Below, piece by piece: positions 16,090 through 26,090 of a DNA stretch of 32,000 nt. Below the pieces are notes generated by a model. The model was not told the DNA's origin. It saw only the letters and a program-made list of their open reading frames with translations, and ran no database searches. The DNA is from Trichodesmium erythraeum IMS101 (lineage in GTDB: Bacteria; Cyanobacteriota; Cyanobacteriia; Cyanobacteriales; Microcoleaceae), in assembly GCF_000014265.1 (NCBI RefSeq), contig NC_008312.1, positions 3,600,001 through 3,632,000 on the forward strand. Reading direction: 5' to 3'. How positions within the stretch are numbered: position 1 is the stretch's first letter; the number at the start of each line of letters is the position of its first letter. The translations under genes and the position numbers were made by a program.

Positions 16090-16505
16090 CTTTTAACTGG
16101 GAAAATAATCAAAAAAATCGTCAGGACTAACAAAAAAACTACGTATTGTGGATATTAATTTAGGCGATCGCTATAGGAGAGTAAAACGTAATTGTTGAGT
16201 GTAATGGTACTGAACTTATCTGGCTAATATAAAAGTATAGCAAGCAATAGCTATTAGTAAAATTATGTTGGTCAAACCTTAGGTATTAGCCAGAATAATT
16301 TCTTAATTATATGGTTATTTTTTATAGTCTTTAAACATAACTTTAATGGCCATTGTCGGCCGATAAATTTTTAGGATATGATCTAAATTGTCAAGATTTA
16401 TAAAAAATACCAAGGTTCTTTTTCCATTGTGATAATGTAAAAAATACAAAGCTTAAAGTTTTAATATTTTAGTAATTAAAATGTTTACATAAGAGGTATT
16501 AAGTT

Positions 16506-17300
16506 ATGAGCGAACATTATCGTCAAGAGTTAGTTCGTGATGGTCAACGTCGTTTTGATGAGTGGCACGGTAAGTTTCTGAAGTATCAGAAAAAATATCT
16601 GAAGTATCAGAAAAAATATCTGAAGTATCAGAAAGAATTTACCCAGTCAGTTGATAATGAGCATTATCGTCAAGAGTTAGTTCGTGATGGTCAACGTCGT
16701 TTTGATGAGTGGCACACTGAGTTTCTGAGGTATCAGAAAGAATATCTGAAGTATCAGAAAGAATTTATCGAGTCAGTTGATAATGAGCATTATCGTCAAG
16801 AGTTAGTTCGTGATGGTCAACGTCGTTTTGATGAGTGGCACACTGAGTTTTTGAGGTATCAGAAAGAATTTATCGAGTCAGTTGGTAATGAGCATTATCG
16901 TCAAGAGTTAGTTCGTGATGGTCAACGTCGTTTTGATGAGTGGCACACTGAGTTTCTGAGGTATCAGAAAGAATTTATCCAGTCACTTGATAATGAACAG
17001 AATAAACAAAAGTTAGTTGGTGATCGTGAAACTCGTTATAAAAAGAAAGAGTCACAGGACAAACTTAGAGTGAAAAAATCTAAGCAACCAGCTAAGAATA
17101 AACCTGATCAACAAAAGTTAGGTGCTGCTGGTAAAAATCCTCGTAAGGAGAAAGAGTTGAACGATAAATTTGGAGGGGAGAAACTTCGGGAGTCAATTGC
17201 TGGTGAACATTATCGTCAAATGTTAGTTCGTGATGGTCAACGTCGTTTTGATGAGTGGCACGAGTCATATCACGGATATATAAAAAAGTTGCGCGGGTAG
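16506..17300 (+). CDS. Tandem-repeat protein with a 35-aa core repeat and 7-aa heptad expansions; candidate GvpC-type gas-vesicle protein
   Basis: 264 aa. The unit EHYRQELVRDGQRRFDEWHTEFLRYQKEF(I/T)(E/Q)S(V/L)(D/G)N occurs four times, with unit lengths of 49, 42, 35 and 35 aa. The length differences are 2, 1, 0 and 0 extra YLKYQKK heptads of 21 nt each. A K-rich linker of about 70 aa follows, then a fifth half-unit (EHYRQMLVRDGQRRFDEWH). It lies at the 3' edge of the gvp island. Confidence 0.75.
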   Translation: MSEHYRQELVRDGQRRFDEWHGKFLKYQKKYLKYQKKYLKYQKEFTQSVDNEHYRQELVRDGQRRFDEWHTEFLRYQKEYLKYQKEFIESVDNEHYRQELVRDGQRRFDEWHTEFLRYQKEFIESVGNEHYRQELVRDGQRRFDEWHTEFLRYQKEFIQSLDNEQNKQKLVGDRETRYKKKESQDKLRVKKSKQPAKNKPDQQKLGAAGKNPRKEKELNDKFGGEKLRESIAGEHYRQMLVRDGQRRFDEWHESYHGYIKKLRG

Positions 17301-17963
17301 CAACAAGAGTAACGAGGAAGTTTATACTCTAGCTCCTTCCTATGGAAAATTTACTATAATTAGTTGATAATGAATATTATCTCTAAAAGTTAATTCCTGA
17401 TTTTCAACTTTTCAACTTTCTTTTAATGAGTAACAGGGGGTTTTTTGAGATATAAAAAATCTCCAAGGTAAGCAACGTCTGGTTTAAGGCGTTGCTAAGT
17501 TTATCTCTGAATTTGTCTAACTGAAGTACTGGAATACTTCAAACTAGCGATCGCTCACAACCCTCGGAAAATTTGTGATTTATTCAAAAGTTTGCTCCCT
17601 GAAATTTTTGTTGGAGCAAGAACATCCTAAAACCGAAAATAGTAAATTAGCAATTGAATTTAGTATTTGAAGATGTCTAATATAAATCTTCAGAAAAGCT
17701 TCTTTTACCCTGACCCTGGCTGTTCCCAAATGGGCATTTTGGATAGTCTCTTGATAGAATAACAAATGGTTTGACAATGTATTCGAGCTATTAGGATATC
17801 TCCCATATCATATTTTTTCCTTCGACTGTTGCCATATCAGTGTTACTAATAGTTTTGATTTGCCTTTGGTATAACAGAGGAATATACTTTCCCATAAATT
17901 AAATCTACTAAAAAATCATTCAATAGCCGAATCATTAATTTTACTCTTCTACAATTTGTTCAT

Positions 17964-18434
17964 CTAGTATTGTTTAATTGCTCTTTGCATAGCCCGTTTA
18001 TCATCTCTACGTTTAATAGTTTCACGCTTATCATAAAGTTTTTTACCTTGTGCTAAAGCAATATCGACTTTTACCCAACCACGCTTAAAATACATTCTCA
18101 ATGGTACTAAAGTTAATCCCTGTTGTTCTACTTTTCCAATTAATTTTCGAATTTCTTGTTTATGTAACAATAGTCTTCTACTACGCCGGGGTTCGTGATT
18201 AAAAAAATCTCCTGCTTTTTGATATGGGGAAATATGAACGTTAAGTAACCATGCTTCATTATTACGAATTAAAGCATAACCATCCCGTAGGTTGACTTTA
18301 CCTTCTCGGATTGATTTTACTTCTGTTCCTTGTAATGCCACGCCAGCTTCATAAGTCTCTATAATATGATAGTTAAACCTTGCCTGGCGATTATCACTAA
18401 TTATTTTTTGTCCTTCACCACTTTTTTTAGCCAT
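17964..18434 (-). CDS. smpB: SsrA-binding protein SmpB (trans-translation)
   Basis: 156 aa. N(R)QARFNY.I.E.YEAG.ALQGTEVKS.R.GK.NL.D.Y....N.EAWL.N.HI.PY and R.R.LLLHK.EI.KL are typical SmpB blocks. Confidence 0.95.
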   Translation of the reverse strand: MAKKSGEGQKIISDNRQARFNYHIIETYEAGVALQGTEVKSIREGKVNLRDGYALIRNNEAWLLNVHISPYQKAGDFFNHEPRRSRRLLLHKQEIRKLIGKVEQQGLTLVPLRMYFKRGWVKVDIALAQGKKLYDKRETIKRRDDKRAMQRAIKQY

Positions 18435-18886
18435 AACATATTTTTAAACATTTTTTGAACTTTAATTTTTTATTATACTATAAAATTATTAGCTACAAAA
18501 ATAGATTAAAGTAAGGGTTAAACCATCAGCTATTATCTATAATTTCTTAACTTATTATACCAAGAAAACTGGAATGTTTGTTACAAATGCTAGAGTGAAT
18601 AAAGAAAAAATTGGCAATACTGAAGTTAGAGTGAATATTTTCAAAAATGGGAAAATTATAGATCTAAATATCTTATAATTAATAATAACTGCTATTTTAA
18701 GCCCCTCTGATTCATCTGGATTTTTTAGTAGTATTTTTTTCCACAGGTGGTATTATTTTGTAAGTACAAAGTACAGAGAAGTATGAAAAAAAAGGTCATC
18801 AGATAACCTTATTAGTTTATTCTGTTCAAAAGTTGATTGGGATTCGATTATCCAGGAAAAGCTGAACAATGAATGCTGAGAATTAA

Positions 18887-19750
18887 CTATTCTTTACTAT
18901 CAAAAGACTCTGGTAATTTTAAAAGCGATCGCTCTAAAATTATCATATAAGAATTAATAACTGAAGTACGAGCTATAGTTCTACCTTGAGAGTTGATTAG
19001 TATCAATTTCTTAAAGTCTAAATCTTGCACTTCTTCAAACATTTGATTGACTAATTTATTTTGTTCTTCTTGAGTCATGTTATACCAATCATTGCTCAGT
19101 TCAGCCATTAATAAATTAGTGGAAAGATAAAATTTTAAAGACTTAATAATTCCACCAGCATATTGATTAGCTAAATCATCAATCTGATTTTGAATTGACA
19201 CTAGAAAAGTTTGCTCTGGAGTCAACTCTGGAGGTGGGGTGATAATGGGCTCTGTAGATTCAAGAGCTTCTTGTAATGCTGTTTCCGAAAGTTGTGGATT
19301 TTTTGAATCTATTGTAGAACTTAGAGATTCTGGGGCGGGAGTTTCTTCATTTAATTCATACTCTGCAACGACGGGAATATCTTGACTAGGTGAAATTGAT
19401 ACAAAAATAACTACCAGAATAAGGGCAAAAATACCTGTGACAGCCACACTCAAAAAGTTATCAGAAAGATTCTTATTTAGAGACTGTGGTAATAAGGAAC
19501 GAACTAACCCCAAAACTTGCTGCCAAAGTCGAGGTTTGGCAACAACTGATTCATTATCAGAAATGGGTTGTTCTGGAGGTTGGGTTTCGGATATCATAGA
19601 AGGATTTTCTGTCGTTTCCTGAGAAATTGCTTCTGTTTGAGGTTGTTCTGAATTTATTTGCTTTGGTTGATCTTCTGACATTTTTTCTATACCTTTTGGA
19701 CTAAGTAAATCAACGAATAATGAGTTGGAGAGAGTTTTAACAGCTTTCAA
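18887..19750 (-). CDS. Hypothetical single-pass membrane protein with an acidic/Pro-rich N-terminal region
   Basis: 287-aa ORF with one clear TM segment (FLSVAVTGIFALILVVIFVSI). The track start at 19750 is a TTG. The ATG at 19681 (MSEDQP...) is an equally plausible start. Confidence 0.6.
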   Translation of the reverse strand: MKAVKTLSNSLFVDLLSPKGIEKMSEDQPKQINSEQPQTEAISQETTENPSMISETQPPEQPISDNESVVAKPRLWQQVLGLVRSLLPQSLNKNLSDNFLSVAVTGIFALILVVIFVSISPSQDIPVVAEYELNEETPAPESLSSTIDSKNPQLSETALQEALESTEPIITPPPELTPEQTFLVSIQNQIDDLANQYAGGIIKSLKFYLSTNLLMAELSNDWYNMTQEEQNKLVNQMFEEVQDLDFKKLILINSQGRTIARTSVINSYMIILERSLLKLPESFDSKE

Positions 19751-19957
19751 ACTTATTGGTCAATTATCCTATTGTTGCGACCCGGAAGTTCAAACTCAAA
19801 ACTCAAAAATTTTGATTTATCAGGGCTTTAGGACTTTGTAATTTAGTGGATTATTTTGACCATACTAAACTATTTTGATATTAGTCATTAATTAACAAGT
19901 ATTTCTCTACTATTTTTAAGTTAAAATAGTGAGTATTTCCATCTACAAATAATTTTG

Positions 19958-20287
19958 CTAACCTTCATTTGGAGGCATTTCTTTGTTGGTAAACCTGTGA
20001 ATTATAGTTTGTATAGCTAAGGCAATTAAACCTAGAGTTACTATGGCACATATACAGGCGACAAGAGCAATAACTCCTACGACTAAAGTACGAACTGCAC
20101 CAGAAAGATTTACTACCAAAAAATTATCTGAAGTAATGGGTTTACTTGCAAATGTCTTAGCAACTGATTGCATTAAGGAATAGGTAACGGTTGCTAGACT
20201 GCCAGAAATTACAGCACTTGCTAAACATTGTAAAGGGTTAACTTTAGGAGTAGATTTTTTATTAGATTTAGGGGTAGAGTTTGTCAT
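19958..20287 (-). CDS. Small two-TM membrane protein, DUF3082-like (cyanobacteria/plastid lineage)
   Basis: 109 aa. PLQCLASAVISGSLATVTYSLMQSVAKTFASKP...AVRTLVVGVIALVACICAIVTLGLIALAIQ resembles my memory of the DUF3082 pattern. Not verified by a search. Confidence 0.6.
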   Translation of the reverse strand: MTNSTPKSNKKSTPKVNPLQCLASAVISGSLATVTYSLMQSVAKTFASKPITSDNFLVVNLSGAVRTLVVGVIALVACICAIVTLGLIALAIQTIIHRFTNKEMPPNEG

Positions 20288-20340
20288 TTCAGTTATTAGT
20301 TATTAGTTATTAGTTTCAGTTATTAGTTTCAGTTATCAGT
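20288..20340. repeat. Heptanucleotide tandem repeats ((t/c)agttat family), STRR-like, directly upstream of the 19958..20287 gene
   Basis: The sequence ttcagttattagttattagttattagtttcagttattagtttcagttatcagt is read directly. Confidence 0.8.
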
Positions 20341-20509
20341 ACCTCCTGTAATATAGAATCCGATTATATAATGTATATTCATAATTCTATCTATACTTTA
20401 TACAAAATTCCCAAAGTGTAAGAGAGTATTTTTTTTAAGTTACAGCCGTTGCTAAGTAAGGAATTTAGGGATTTTTAAAGCCTTTTGTACTGAATTTGGT
20501 ATCAAGATT

Positions 20510-20645
20510 CATTTCCCCCATTTCCCCATCGACCACAATTATATACAGAAGATGAGCGATCAAATGACGTACAGGGTAAATGGTAAAAATATTGGCAAGT
20601 TTTTTTTATGAAATTCGTGTACCTCACATACTTATACCGAACCGC
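20510..20645 (+). repeat. Dispersed intergenic element of about 130 nt, copy A
   Basis: atcgaccacaattatatac..atgacgtacagggtaaatggtaaaaatat..gtgtacctcacatacttataccgaa aligns with copy C (30765-30905) and with the reverse complement of copy B (23557-23690). Confidence 0.6.
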
Positions 20646-20966
20646 TGTAATAATTATTTAACCCTATTTCATATAATAGGGAGGTGAGAAATACAGACTT
20701 TTCTTTTTGAATAATTAAATTAGAAAGAAAAGTTGATAAAATTGACGATGAATTAGATTTGGCAGTAATTTTTTTGACAAAGTTTTGATGTTATGAATAA
20801 TTTAATCACTCCTTAAAAATAGCTAATACTTAAATAAATTGCCTGTAAATAAAGCTGTTATATCTAACCATAATCCCGGAAAATTTTGAATAAAAATAAT
20901 ACTTTTTGCATTATTTTTTTTGAGGCCATACCATTTCCCAAGGAATTTTTTTTTGTAGATTTTGAT

Positions 20967-22208
20967 CTATAGTAATATATTTCTTGCTCTATCAATAAAT
21001 AACTTTGCTTGTTGGGCCCAAAAATCAGAACCCCAATAAACAAAACAACTGGTTTCACACAACAATAACGCTTTACTTTTTTGAACAGAACCCTTGCCCG
21101 ACTCTACAACCTTTGCATAATCTTGACTCAGCTGTTCAACTGCAGCCAATACCTGTTGTCGTAAATCTCCTTCTTGCCATTGCTGATGACCTCCTATCCA
21201 TGAGCCCCCTGTTGACTTCAGTCTAACTTCTGTTATTTCCCCTGGTGATAAATAAGTATCAATATATTCACTCACGGTCATAAAACCTACATCCAACCAG
21301 CGATGACGCTCCCGAAACAGAGGTGCAAAAGAGTTCTTAAAATATTCAAACATCATTACATTGCCATTCTCCCCATCAGAAGTTGGCACGACCAAACCAG
21401 GAGGTTTCATCCCCACTACTCGACTACGATATCGCAGATCATCAATACAACCCTCAGCATTGTGACCGCTTTGTTGTCGAATCCCCATATCGGTATCTCT
21501 TACCACACATAGAATACGTTCTGACTCACCACATGATTCTACTACCAACCAATGCACCCGGTTTTCTAACTCTGGGGTACTCCAACCTTGAGGATGTTCT
21601 AATGCTGCATTGGGTAAAATAATCCACTCATAACCGCACTTTTTCAACAAACGCACAAATCTCAAGGCTTCAGCAGGGTTGCCACTTACTCCCATCTCCG
21701 GTGGCCAAAACCCTCTAACTCTTGATAGTGCTTTTTCACCAAATAAATCTGCAAATACTTTTCGCCATTGCATAATTTGAGCTTCATGGTCTCGTTCAGG
21801 AGTAGCGGGAAAATAACAATGACTATATGCACTACCAGTAAATTCTATGGTATCTGAATATTCAGTGAGAACTTCTTGCCAGAGACTGATGACATCTCCT
21901 ATGCATTTGCCGTCAACATAAATATTGGAAAAAATGCCGTTTTTAGAAAGTTTTGCCATCTCTTCAAGTAATACCCCAGAATAATCTACCATCATTCGGG
22001 GTTGATGACCTTCTAATGTGAGTTGTTGAGCATAACGAGCTGGATTTTTATATGCTTGGGCAAACCATTGAGCATTCCAATGTTCTTCTGAGTTAGCTTC
22101 GCTATTGAGCATTTTTTCCAAGTTACCCTGTAATTTTCCATTATTCCAAACTGGAGGTTGGTGAAAATGTAACCAGGGGACAAATATAACTTGGGAATTA
22201 TTAAACAT
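20967..22208 (-). CDS. Glycoside hydrolase family 57-like protein
   Basis: 413 aa. It has the N-terminal FVPWLHFHQP (GH57 region I, HQP), EFTGSAYSHCYFP (region II-like), FWPPEMGVS (WxPE nucleophile motif) and TSDGENGN (DGE acid/base motif). Confidence 0.7.
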   Translation of the reverse strand: MFNNSQVIFVPWLHFHQPPVWNNGKLQGNLEKMLNSEANSEEHWNAQWFAQAYKNPARYAQQLTLEGHQPRMMVDYSGVLLEEMAKLSKNGIFSNIYVDGKCIGDVISLWQEVLTEYSDTIEFTGSAYSHCYFPATPERDHEAQIMQWRKVFADLFGEKALSRVRGFWPPEMGVSGNPAEALRFVRLLKKCGYEWIILPNAALEHPQGWSTPELENRVHWLVVESCGESERILCVVRDTDMGIRQQSGHNAEGCIDDLRYRSRVVGMKPPGLVVPTSDGENGNVMMFEYFKNSFAPLFRERHRWLDVGFMTVSEYIDTYLSPGEITEVRLKSTGGSWIGGHQQWQEGDLRQQVLAAVEQLSQDYAKVVESGKGSVQKSKALLLCETSCFVYWGSDFWAQQAKLFIDRARNILL

Positions 22209-22432
22209 TTTGGGAGCTTTTTGGTATAAGAGTACTAATTTAATTTATTTATTCTTTATACCACAGAAAGTCAACATAGATTTTTAGTTAAATTCCCGGG
22301 TGCTTTAAAAATAATTAACTCTGGATGCTTTAAAAATAATGAACCATTTAGGTCTTTATTAAAGATACTAATATATTAAATAATTGAATTTTCTCCAACT
22401 ATTATGGCTCTTAATTGGTGAATGCTGATTCT

Positions 22433-22984
22433 TTAAAAACCAACGCTCAAGTCTATAATTATGAATTGACCATCAAAAGCATAAAAAACTACTTTGTAAA
22501 TCTTTTCAGCATTTACGGTTAGTTGAGTTTTAGGAGAAATCATTGAATTAGAGTTAAGTAAGCTTGAAGTAGGAATTTCGTCTTTAGCTAAGAGTTCTTC
22601 ATTTTGATTATAAGCTGACACAATAGTTCGGTGGGAATTTCTTGTCAATGCGCTAACAAACTTGGCTGGAGATCTAAAGTACATTTCTATTCTGCCATTT
22701 TTCGGCCCTCCTATTAGAACTTTTACACCTTCAGGAACTGCAAAAGCTGGGTTAGATGGTTCGATAATGATTGCATTAGAGAAAGTTATGCCCCAATTTT
22801 GAAATTGATTATCTACTTGTTCAAAGCATTTTAAATTGTCTAGGTTAAGGTGAATATAACTAGGCACATTTGAGTCTGATTTAATCTGTTTATATTCATT
22901 AGTACTTGCAAATTTATCTTTATTTTTGACGCTGAAGTTATCGGTCAGAGGATTAATATTCTCTATTGTATTACTGTGTAACAT
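22433..22984 (-). CDS. Hypothetical protein, predicted beta-rich, no recognisable motif
   Basis: 183-aa ORF with no overlapping alternative and ordinary amino-acid composition. Confidence 0.5.
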   Translation of the reverse strand: MLHSNTIENINPLTDNFSVKNKDKFASTNEYKQIKSDSNVPSYIHLNLDNLKCFEQVDNQFQNWGITFSNAIIIEPSNPAFAVPEGVKVLIGGPKNGRIEMYFRSPAKFVSALTRNSHRTIVSAYNQNEELLAKDEIPTSSLLNSNSMISPKTQLTVNAEKIYKVVFYAFDGQFIIIDLSVGF

Positions 22985-23556
22985 TAAGCTTTCTTTATTA
23001 AATTATTAACTAAGTGGTTAAACCCCTGAGGTCTATTACACCTTATTATACTCAATCCATTGAAATTAAGGGGATAGTCATCACAAAATTAAAAAATAAA
23101 TTTTTATAGAATGCTTTGTTTGTTATGATGTGACTGTGCATTATTAAATTCCTAAAATATTAAGAAAATAAGTCAAAAACTACTAACAGTGATTTTGCAA
23201 GAGCGAACGACGAAAAATTTCTCAGTGGGTAAACTAAGTCAATTACACAGTTGAAAAACTAAAATCTAATCTTTATATAAACATTCCACTTTATCAATAA
23301 TTTTGGTCAATGATTTTTTGTGGGTACTTACTGTAAGCTAAATTTATTGAAAATTTAGGGTTATAAAGTACATAGTTGAAGAGAATAATGATTAGTAATA
23401 AAATTATTATTTATATGCTGAAAATTACTTGGCAAAATATAAGCCTCATTAATTAGCTATAAGAAAAATACTTTGATCACATCAGTTGCTAACTTTTTCC
23501 TAACTTTTAATCCCCTAAAATTTTTCCATATTAGGTATTCAAGGAGATATAGGCAT

Positions 23557-23690
23557 ATTTTAGGTTTATGAGCTACGCCTACGGGGGCAAGATGCTGGCG
23601 CGGAGAAGATGCTTGCACTATATTGCTTTTACTAAATACAGCCGTACATCATTTCCCCGAAATTATGTTCTAATGTTATAGAGCGATCGC
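23557..23690 (-). repeat. Dispersed intergenic element of about 130 nt, copy B (inverted relative to A and C)
   Basis: The reverse complement reads aatttcggggaaatgatgtacggctgtatttagtaaaagcaatatagtgcaagcatcttctccgcgccagcatcttgcccccgtaggcgtagctcataaacctaaaa. Copy C reads aatttcccgcaaacgacctacaaagtaaatcgtaaaaatcatccagtgtaggcatctggcccccgtagacatctagcccccgtaggcctacctcataaacctgaaa. Confidence 0.7.
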
Positions 23691-24339
23691 AATAACAGAT
23701 AGATAAAAACACTTCCTCTGTAAATTGTTAACTATTTTTTTTCGCTCACCGTTTTCTCAAAAAAATTTTTGAGATTAATAACATTGCTAAATACTTATGT
23801 TTCTGTTAACAATTTTTCTGATTCTTGTTTAATTTCTTGACTTTCAGGTTCTCTATATAGTCATAAAACAGTGGCCAAGTTTGAATGTTATAAATAGGAA
23901 TCTAAAAGACCTCAGTCAAGGCCAGAAGTTGACAAAAGTATTCTGGTTTTGCATTGTCGCCTTAATAGTTAAGAGATGGTTTCGGGACTTTCTATGGACT
24001 GAACCAAACTCACTTAAAATTTCCTGAAGTAAACTATTGAAATACGAAATGGTAAATTAAGTTAGTAAAATGCCTTTAGCTATAGTTATATTAACTGGAA
24101 AAGACAGATCGTAAAAGTAACTTGAGTGAATGGAGTTTTACAATTAACACCTTACTTCATCTATAATTTGAGCTGGAGCTACTGATAACTAATAACTAAA
24201 ATTTAGCTAAGGGTACTGCAGATACTGATATAGGAAGGTAGTTCTGTGGATGGTGATCTTTTTGGTTAGCTCTTTTTACTATTAAGAGTTTAATTTTAAA
24301 AGTCACTATCTGTAAACCAATACCTATAGGAGAAATATT

Positions 24340-25269
24340 ATGGCGTCAGAACAAGAGGAAAGGATTAAACAATTGTTCATAACAGAAGCAGAAGAACATT
24401 TAGTAACTTTAGAAAATGGTTTGGTAGATTTGAAGTCTACAATATCAGATGTTGAAGTTATTAATGATATGTTTAGAGCGGCTCACTCTGTCAAAGGTGG
24501 AGCTGCTATGTTGGGAATACACAGTGTAAAACAGATAGCTCATCGTTTAGAAGACTGTTTCAAAATAATTCGAGAAAATTCTATTAATGTTAACCAAACG
24601 ATAGAGTCTCAATTTTTAAAAGGATATGATCTTCTCAAATATTTAGTAGAGCTTATGCAAGGTCCTTACGGCTTGAGGGAAGAAGAGGGAGAAAAAATAG
24701 TACAAAATGCTTTACCTATTTTTGCTGAGTTAGAGAATAATTTGAATATTTTAGCTAGTACTGAAACTACTAATCAATCTACGACTACTAGCAATAAGAA
24801 AGAAAAAACTAGTTTTGATCAACAGGTAAAAGAGCAATTAAAGGAAATGTTGGAGCTTTTTAAAAAGGCTGATTCTCCATCTTCAAGGAAACAATTAATA
24901 GAAAGTTGTAATGGTTTGTTGAAGTTGGATACAAATACAAAAGCTTGGCAGGTTTTAGTTACTACTTCTCAAAAAGCTTTGGCTAATTCTAAGTTGTCTT
25001 ATCACGTTTTAGCACCTGTTATTATTAGGGAACTTAATCAAGCTGGTGAGTTTATCCAAGTAGGAAAGGTGAAGGAAATAGTACTAAGTAAAGATTTAAA
25101 AGAAATTGCAATTTCTCCCAAAGCAAGAACTTGTGAAAATACAAAGGTAAGTTTACCAAAAGAACCGAAAGAAATGGTAAAACTAATTATTAATAATTTT
25201 GATTCTCGGCAAAAGGAAGCGATCGCTAAGTTATTAATCAAGCATATAAAGTCGTCTAGAAATCGTTAA
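24340..25269 (+). CDS. Hpt (histidine phosphotransfer, CheA-P1-like) domain protein with no kinase domain
   Basis: 309 aa. The N-terminus FITEAEEHL..LE.GL..L........IN.MFRAAHSVKGGAAMLG is the Hpt/P1 signature, with the phospho-His in AAHSVKGG. The remaining 190 aa or so have no recognisable domain. Confidence 0.8.
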   Translation: MASEQEERIKQLFITEAEEHLVTLENGLVDLKSTISDVEVINDMFRAAHSVKGGAAMLGIHSVKQIAHRLEDCFKIIRENSINVNQTIESQFLKGYDLLKYLVELMQGPYGLREEEGEKIVQNALPIFAELENNLNILASTETTNQSTTTSNKKEKTSFDQQVKEQLKEMLELFKKADSPSSRKQLIESCNGLLKLDTNTKAWQVLVTTSQKALANSKLSYHVLAPVIIRELNQAGEFIQVGKVKEIVLSKDLKEIAISPKARTCENTKVSLPKEPKEMVKLIINNFDSRQKEAIAKLLIKHIKSSRNR

Positions 25270-25723
25270 TTCAGAAATAGTTATATTAACTATCAAAAAC
25301 TTTGCTAGTCTTAAATTTTATATTTTACATACTATTTATTAATGTAGTTTTTTTATTAAATAACTTCTAAGATTTTTTTAGTGATTTTGAAAATTTTTTA
25401 AGTATAGCATTATTTTTGAATAAAAATATCAGAATAACAAGCTTCAGGGTTTTCTACTAGTTTTTTTCATATCAATAAAAAAATTATATAAGTTCAGACA
25501 ATTTTAGATAATTGAAGCTGATTTATGATATAGTTTATAATTTAATTAAAGCTAATTTAATTTATATAATTTCCTGTTTGATATCATCTATTGATGAATC
25601 ACCGAAACTATCCTAAAAAAGTGATCCCTTGTTTTGGCTCTACTATTTTTTAAACTATGGGTGATCAATATCTTTGTGAGGATAAAATTTGAAAAAATAG
25701 AAAGGTTATAAAAGGTAAGCATT

Positions 25724-25748
25724 CAGCTATCAGCTATCAGCTATCAGC
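25724..25748. repeat. Heptanucleotide repeat (cagctat)x3.5, STRR-like
   Basis: cagctatcagctatcagctatcagc, flanked by ggtaagcattc. The same flank-plus-heptamer arrangement occurs inverted at 30627-30654 and in degenerate form at about 12700 and 12805. Confidence 0.8.
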
Positions 25749-26090
25749 AGGAAATTAGCCCCCAAAAAAAATTTAAATTCGGACACGAAAAGGATGATAA
25801 GCTTTACTTTATCTTTTTGCCCAGCATAACCAAGCAAAAGTCTTTGAGCTGACTGCTAAGGTGGGAGTGCTGACTATAAATAGGATATTTCGGAATAGTA
25901 AATATCTTGAAAAATATGTTTTTTTCTGGTGGGTGTAATTCTGCGATCGCTACTCTCCCCCCTGGTCTTCCTGGTCCAGGCTAGAAGTGGGTCCCTATTT
26001 CTATCTTAGAAAATGGTTTGAAAAATTCCTGATCACTGATGGCTCAAAAAAGGGGGGACTTTGGAGACTTTTTTGTAGGCTCCTCGCTTT

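Noticed and set aside
17580-17777. 65-aa minus-strand ORF in the spacer before smpB
   Set aside because: It has no SD and no recognisable motif, and it lies in a repeat-containing spacer. Support is insufficient.
21005-21622. Plus-strand ORFs 21005..21226, 21303..21512 and 21383..21622, and minus-strand ORF 20864..21058
   Set aside because: The first three are antisense to the GH57-like gene. The last overlaps its 3' end and the spacer and has no supporting features.
23755-23774. 20-nt perfect palindrome tctcaaaaa-aa-tttttgaga
   Set aside because: It is a pure A/T-run palindrome in AT-rich spacer DNA and could easily arise by chance. It is not in a terminator position, and nothing else supports a function.
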